The notes under the pieces: model-generated
Told to the model about the DNA's origin: nothing
Database searches by the model: none
What the model saw: only the letters and a program-made list of their open reading frames with translations
Position numbers and translations under genes: made by a program
In this document: piece by piece, positions 59,700-64,000 of the stretch
Layout: each line of letters begins with the position of its first letter
Position numbering within the stretch: the stretch's first letter is position 1
DNA from: Octopus vulgaris
Lineage: Eukaryota
Reading direction: 5' to 3'
Length of the DNA stretch: 64,000 nt
Assembly: GCA_951406725.2 (NCBI GenBank)
Contig: OX597828.1
Span: 72,540,001-72,604,000 of the forward strand

Positions 59700-59878
59700 T
59701 CGTCTGCTTGTTTCAGTCATTAGAGTGCGGCCATGCTGTAACATGAACTTTTAGCCAAATGAATTGATCCAAGTATTTAGTCTGTTCTAAAGCGTGTACT
59801 TATCCTATAGGAACCGCTAAGTTTCGGTGACTTAAATACACCAACACCGGTTGTTAAGTGATTGGTGTTCGTGTGAGA

Positions 59879-59943
<65 letters not shown>

Positions 59944-60112
59944 CACGTATACGACAGGGCCTCTTTCAGTTTCCACTTACCAAATCCACTCACAAGGCTT
60001 TGGGTGGGCCCTAGGCTAGCGTCAAAGACACTTGTCTACAGTACCACACAGTAAGAGTGAACCCAGAACCCCGTGACTGGAAGCAAACTTCTTACCACAC
60101 AGCCACATCTGC
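59700..60112 (-). mobile_element. older family B SINE
   Basis: CTTGTTTCAGTCATT...CAAATCCACTCACAAGGCTTTGG...CTTACCACACAGCCAC. Confidence 0.78.
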
Positions 60113-60278
60113 ACTCTGCCAGCTTTCTTCTTCTTCTTCTTCTTCTTCTTCTTCTTCTTCTTCTTCTTCTTCTTCTTCTTCCTATTAACATTAGTCCTAA
60201 TGAATTCTTCGCATTGTCTTTTATTTGTTAAGCTTATTTTGCTGCGAGGTACCAAATTGAAAATATGTAGAAATAACC

Positions 60279-60440
60279 TTAAGAAAGAAGAAGGAGAAGG
60301 AGAAGAAGAAGAAGAAGAAGAAGAAGAAGAAGAAGAAGGAGGAGGAGGAGAAGACGAAGAAAAGAAGAAGAAGGAGAAGAAGAAGAAGAAGAAGAAGAAG
60401 GGTGAGGAGAGGAGAAGAAGACGAAGAAGAAGAAGAAGAA

Positions 60441-60472
<32 letters not shown>

Positions 60473-60681
60473 ATAAGAAGAAGAAGAAGAAGAAGAAGGA
60501 GGAGGAGAAGAGGAAGAAGAAGAAGGAGGAGGAGGAGAAGAGGAAGAAGAAGAGGAAGAAGGAGGAGGAGGAGGAGGTGGAGGAGAAGAAGAAGAAGAAG
60601 AAGAAGAAGAAGAAGAAGAAGAAGAAGAAGAAGCGGAAGAAGAAGAAGCGGAAGAAGAAGAAAAAGAAGAAGAAGAAGAAG

Positions 60682-60712
<31 letters not shown>

Positions 60713-60842
60713 GGAAGAAGAAGATGAAGCGGAAGAAGAAGATGAAGCGGAAGAAGAAGAAAAAGAAGAAGAAGAAGAAGAAGAAGAAGAAGAAGAAGAA
60801 GAAGAAGAAGAAGAAGAAGAAGAAGAAGCGGAAGAAGAAGAA
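60279..60842. repeat. (GAA)n/(GGA)n polypurine microsatellite
   Basis: About 560 bp; an opposite-strand (TTC)n lies at 60124-60181. Confidence 0.95.
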
Positions 60843-61040
60843 CCCTCTTTGGGCATGAATGACCGTGGGATTACATCTAGAAAGTTTCCTTTTGGGGCAC
60901 AAGTCTGGGTGAGGTTGTTTGTAGAAGACCTGCAGTTGCCCACCCATACCAGCCTTCCCTCTCTATTCCGCCGATGATATCCGAGGGAAAGGCAAAGGGG
61001 CCGATACGGCCTGGCACCAGTGACGTCGCAACACATTTCT
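60843..61040 (-). mobile_element. 3' part of a family C-related SINE
   Basis: CATGAATGACCGTGGGATT...GTGACGTCGCAAC matches 62585-62760. Confidence 0.75.
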
Positions 61041-61280
61041 ACCTATACAGACAAATCTATACACCGGAGAAGAGGCAGCGAATCTGCTTACATAACCAAG
61101 AATCACAGTAACTGCAGAAAACAGGTGCTACTGTTTTGCAGTAAATGTCAACTCTTTATCTTTAAATATCAGGTGCCGGTCAACGAGGATCTCAGTTCTC
61201 ACAGTATCACGGTATGATTCTATATATGTAAGCTGTATAATACCTATATGAACAGAGCTAATTTAGCTGTTTCTACGTAC

Positions 61281-61331
<51 letters not shown>

Positions 61332-61377
61332 ATATATATATATATACATACGTACATAGAAAAATACAGACACACAT

Positions 61378-61432
<55 letters not shown>

Positions 61433-61444
61433 CACACATATATA

Positions 61445-61475
<31 letters not shown>

Positions 61476-61653
61476 TTTTTTTTCCTCTGTCTTCCCTTCT
61501 CTGGATCTTTCCTTCTCCTATGTTTCCGACGAAGAGCTCCGCTCGAAAGGTTAAACCCTCCTTCTTTCCTTCTTTCCTGAGCGTCCAATAATACTATATT
61601 TGTTGCACGTCCTCGCGTTGTTGTGTTTTTTGTGCTTTCTTGTTTGGATTAAC

Positions 61654-61712
<59 letters not shown>

Positions 61713-61963
61713 CATATATGCATATATATGTTATGTAAGGTATAAGTTAGAAGTGTTAAGCCCTCTAAAGGATAGAAGTATCCAGAGGCACTTCTGGTAA
61801 TTGCCTCAGTAAGTATGATCCTTGGTATAAGGTATACGGCTGCAGGTAATTTAAAAAGGTAAAGCGTGGTTTAATGTATATATAGACGATAAGAAAATGG
61901 AGGAAAAACAACAAATGGAAATGTATCTTTGGTGCTACGAAGCCATTATTTAATGAATATATT

Positions 61964-62053
<90 letters not shown>

Positions 62054-62168
62054 TGTGTGTGTGTATTAGTGTAAGTAAAGATAGATGCTAGGCTCATCGA
62101 CGATAACATAAGAGTGAAGAGAAAAAGAGAGAGGAAGAGGGAGGAAGGAAGAAAGAAGGGAGTTAAAG

Positions 62169-62229
<61 letters not shown>

Positions 62230-62536
62230 TGAGTGAGTGAGTGTGTGATATTAACGGCAACGGGTGGAGTAAAGGATAATGGAGGGCCGAAAGTAAAAAC
62301 GTAATCTGAAAATGGTTGCTCAGCGGAGAAGAGTGAGTTGGATTGTCGAAGTAGAAAATTAGAGACCGAAAAGCTGGAACGTCGGGCATGCGCACCAAGA
62401 ACAGTGATATCCGTCGGAGTGGTCTGTATATCAGCGTTTGCACGAGTATGGAGTCTGTTTATGTATGTGTATGGAGCAGAAGGGGGAGGTGTGCATTGAA
62501 GGAAATTTTGCACAGGAATGTTATATCACAGGAATG

Positions 62537-62574
<38 letters not shown>

Positions 62575-62576
<2 letters not shown>

Positions 62577-62893
62577 GTAAAGACCCCCTTCGGTCATGAA
62601 TGACCATGGGATTGCACCTAGAAAGTTACCTTCCTAGATACAAGTCCGGGCAAGGTTGTTTATGGAAGGCCAGCAGTCGCCCATGCATACCAGCCTCCCC
62701 TCTCCACGCCACCAGTGTTATCCAAGGGAAAGACAAAGTGACGTCGCAACTCATTTCTACAGCTGAGTGAACTGGAGCAACGTGAAATAAAGTGCCTTGC
62801 TCGAGAACACAGCACGCAGCCCGGTCCGGGATTCGAGCTCACAACCTCACGATCGTAAGCTCGACGCTCTAACCACTGAGCCATGCGCCTTCA
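62575..62893 (-). mobile_element. full-length tRNA-derived SINE (family C) in (TA)n
   Basis: Head GGCGCATGGCTCAGTGGTTAGAGCG...GCTCGAATCC (A and B boxes), then TCGAGCAAGGCACTTTATTTCAC body. Confidence 0.88.
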
Positions 62894-62898
62894 CACAC

Positions 62899-62999
<101 letters not shown>

Positions 63000-63847
63000 T
63001 ATATATTTTCGAAACAAAATGAAAAAAATACAAACTAAATACTTTTATTGTCGATGTTAAGATTTATGATACTTATATATACATACATACACACACACAC
63101 ATATATATATATATATGTATATGCATACATATATGTATATACATATATATATACACATACATATATTCATACATACATGCATATATATATATATATATAT
63201 ATACGGGTATATATATACATACATCATACATACGTACATATATATGTACACATGCAACTCGGCATGAAATATTGTTGTGATTGTTTTTGTTGAGGATGAT
63301 GATGATGAAGATGATGATGATGACGATGATGATGATAACGACGTCAAGACTGATGATTAATGATAATGGATAGTGATCGATGATTTACAGTGACCAACGA
63401 TAGGTAATGATTGATGATGAGTAATAAATAAAAAAAACGTAATATTAACAGATCAGCAAAAAAAATATTTTTAAAATGGTGGAGAAGATGATGGATTGAG
63501 AAATAAAATGGAATTTTATTGGTTAATGAAATATGTTAACATCAGGAGGAAACGCCATTCGTCGTACTGCGACCCTTGCTAGTGTTGCTCCATCTACCCC
63601 CCCCCTTCTTCCAGCGCTAGGCCTCACATCTTCCTTCTTCCCTCCACCTTCCCTTCCTTCGTCATTCTCCCTTCTTCATCTCTCCCATTCCTCTTCCTTC
63701 TCCTCTCCCCCCCTCCCCTCTTCCACATTCTCTCCTTCTCCTTCTTCTCTATCTCTTCCTTCCCCTTCTCCTTCTCCTCTCTTCCCCCATCATCCGCTTG
63801 CCCGCTCCTCCCTCCTCTCCTCCTCCTCCTCTTCCCGTCCTCCCCAT

Positions 63848-63920
<73 letters not shown>

Positions 63921-63933
63921 CACTACTACTACT
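63848..63933. repeat. (CTA)n microsatellite
   Basis: Direct reading. Confidence 0.93.
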
Positions 63934-64000
63934 ATATATGTGTGTGTGTGAGCATGCAGGTGCGTGTGTGTTAGCGTTTGACAACCGGTGATGATTTGTT

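Noticed and set aside
60200-61036. Arg-rich protamine-like and Ser/Glu-rich ORFs
   Set aside because: Entirely explained by the (GAA)n tract; open on both strands and in several frames.

Overview
AT-rich, repeat-saturated eukaryotic DNA that looks intronic or intergenic. The tRNA-derived SINE families resemble those I recall from Octopus, so a coleoid cephalopod source is inferred, not verified. No host gene can be called with confidence; almost all track ORFs are microsatellite translations. Supported content: a near-intact IR/DR-type Tc1 (DD34E) transposon with one frameshift (51019-52645); an internally deleted maT-like element; a mariner-type MITE; 3' fragments of non-LTR retrotransposons, each sitting inside a particular microsatellite (Tx1-like in (TATC)n, two R4/Dong-like in (AAT)n, another RLE type in (ATAC)n); and dozens of SINEs from at least four families. 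Several fold-back (head-to-head) elements are also present. The most interesting signal is a set of Penelope-type minimal hammerhead ribozyme motifs. One lies in the tail of a tRNA-headed SINE-like element that has an inverted partial copy (12100-12778), suggesting a Pol III SINE mobilised by Penelope-like machinery. Another fold-back element (18338-19060) carries two hammerheads with a compensatory U3-A8 core.
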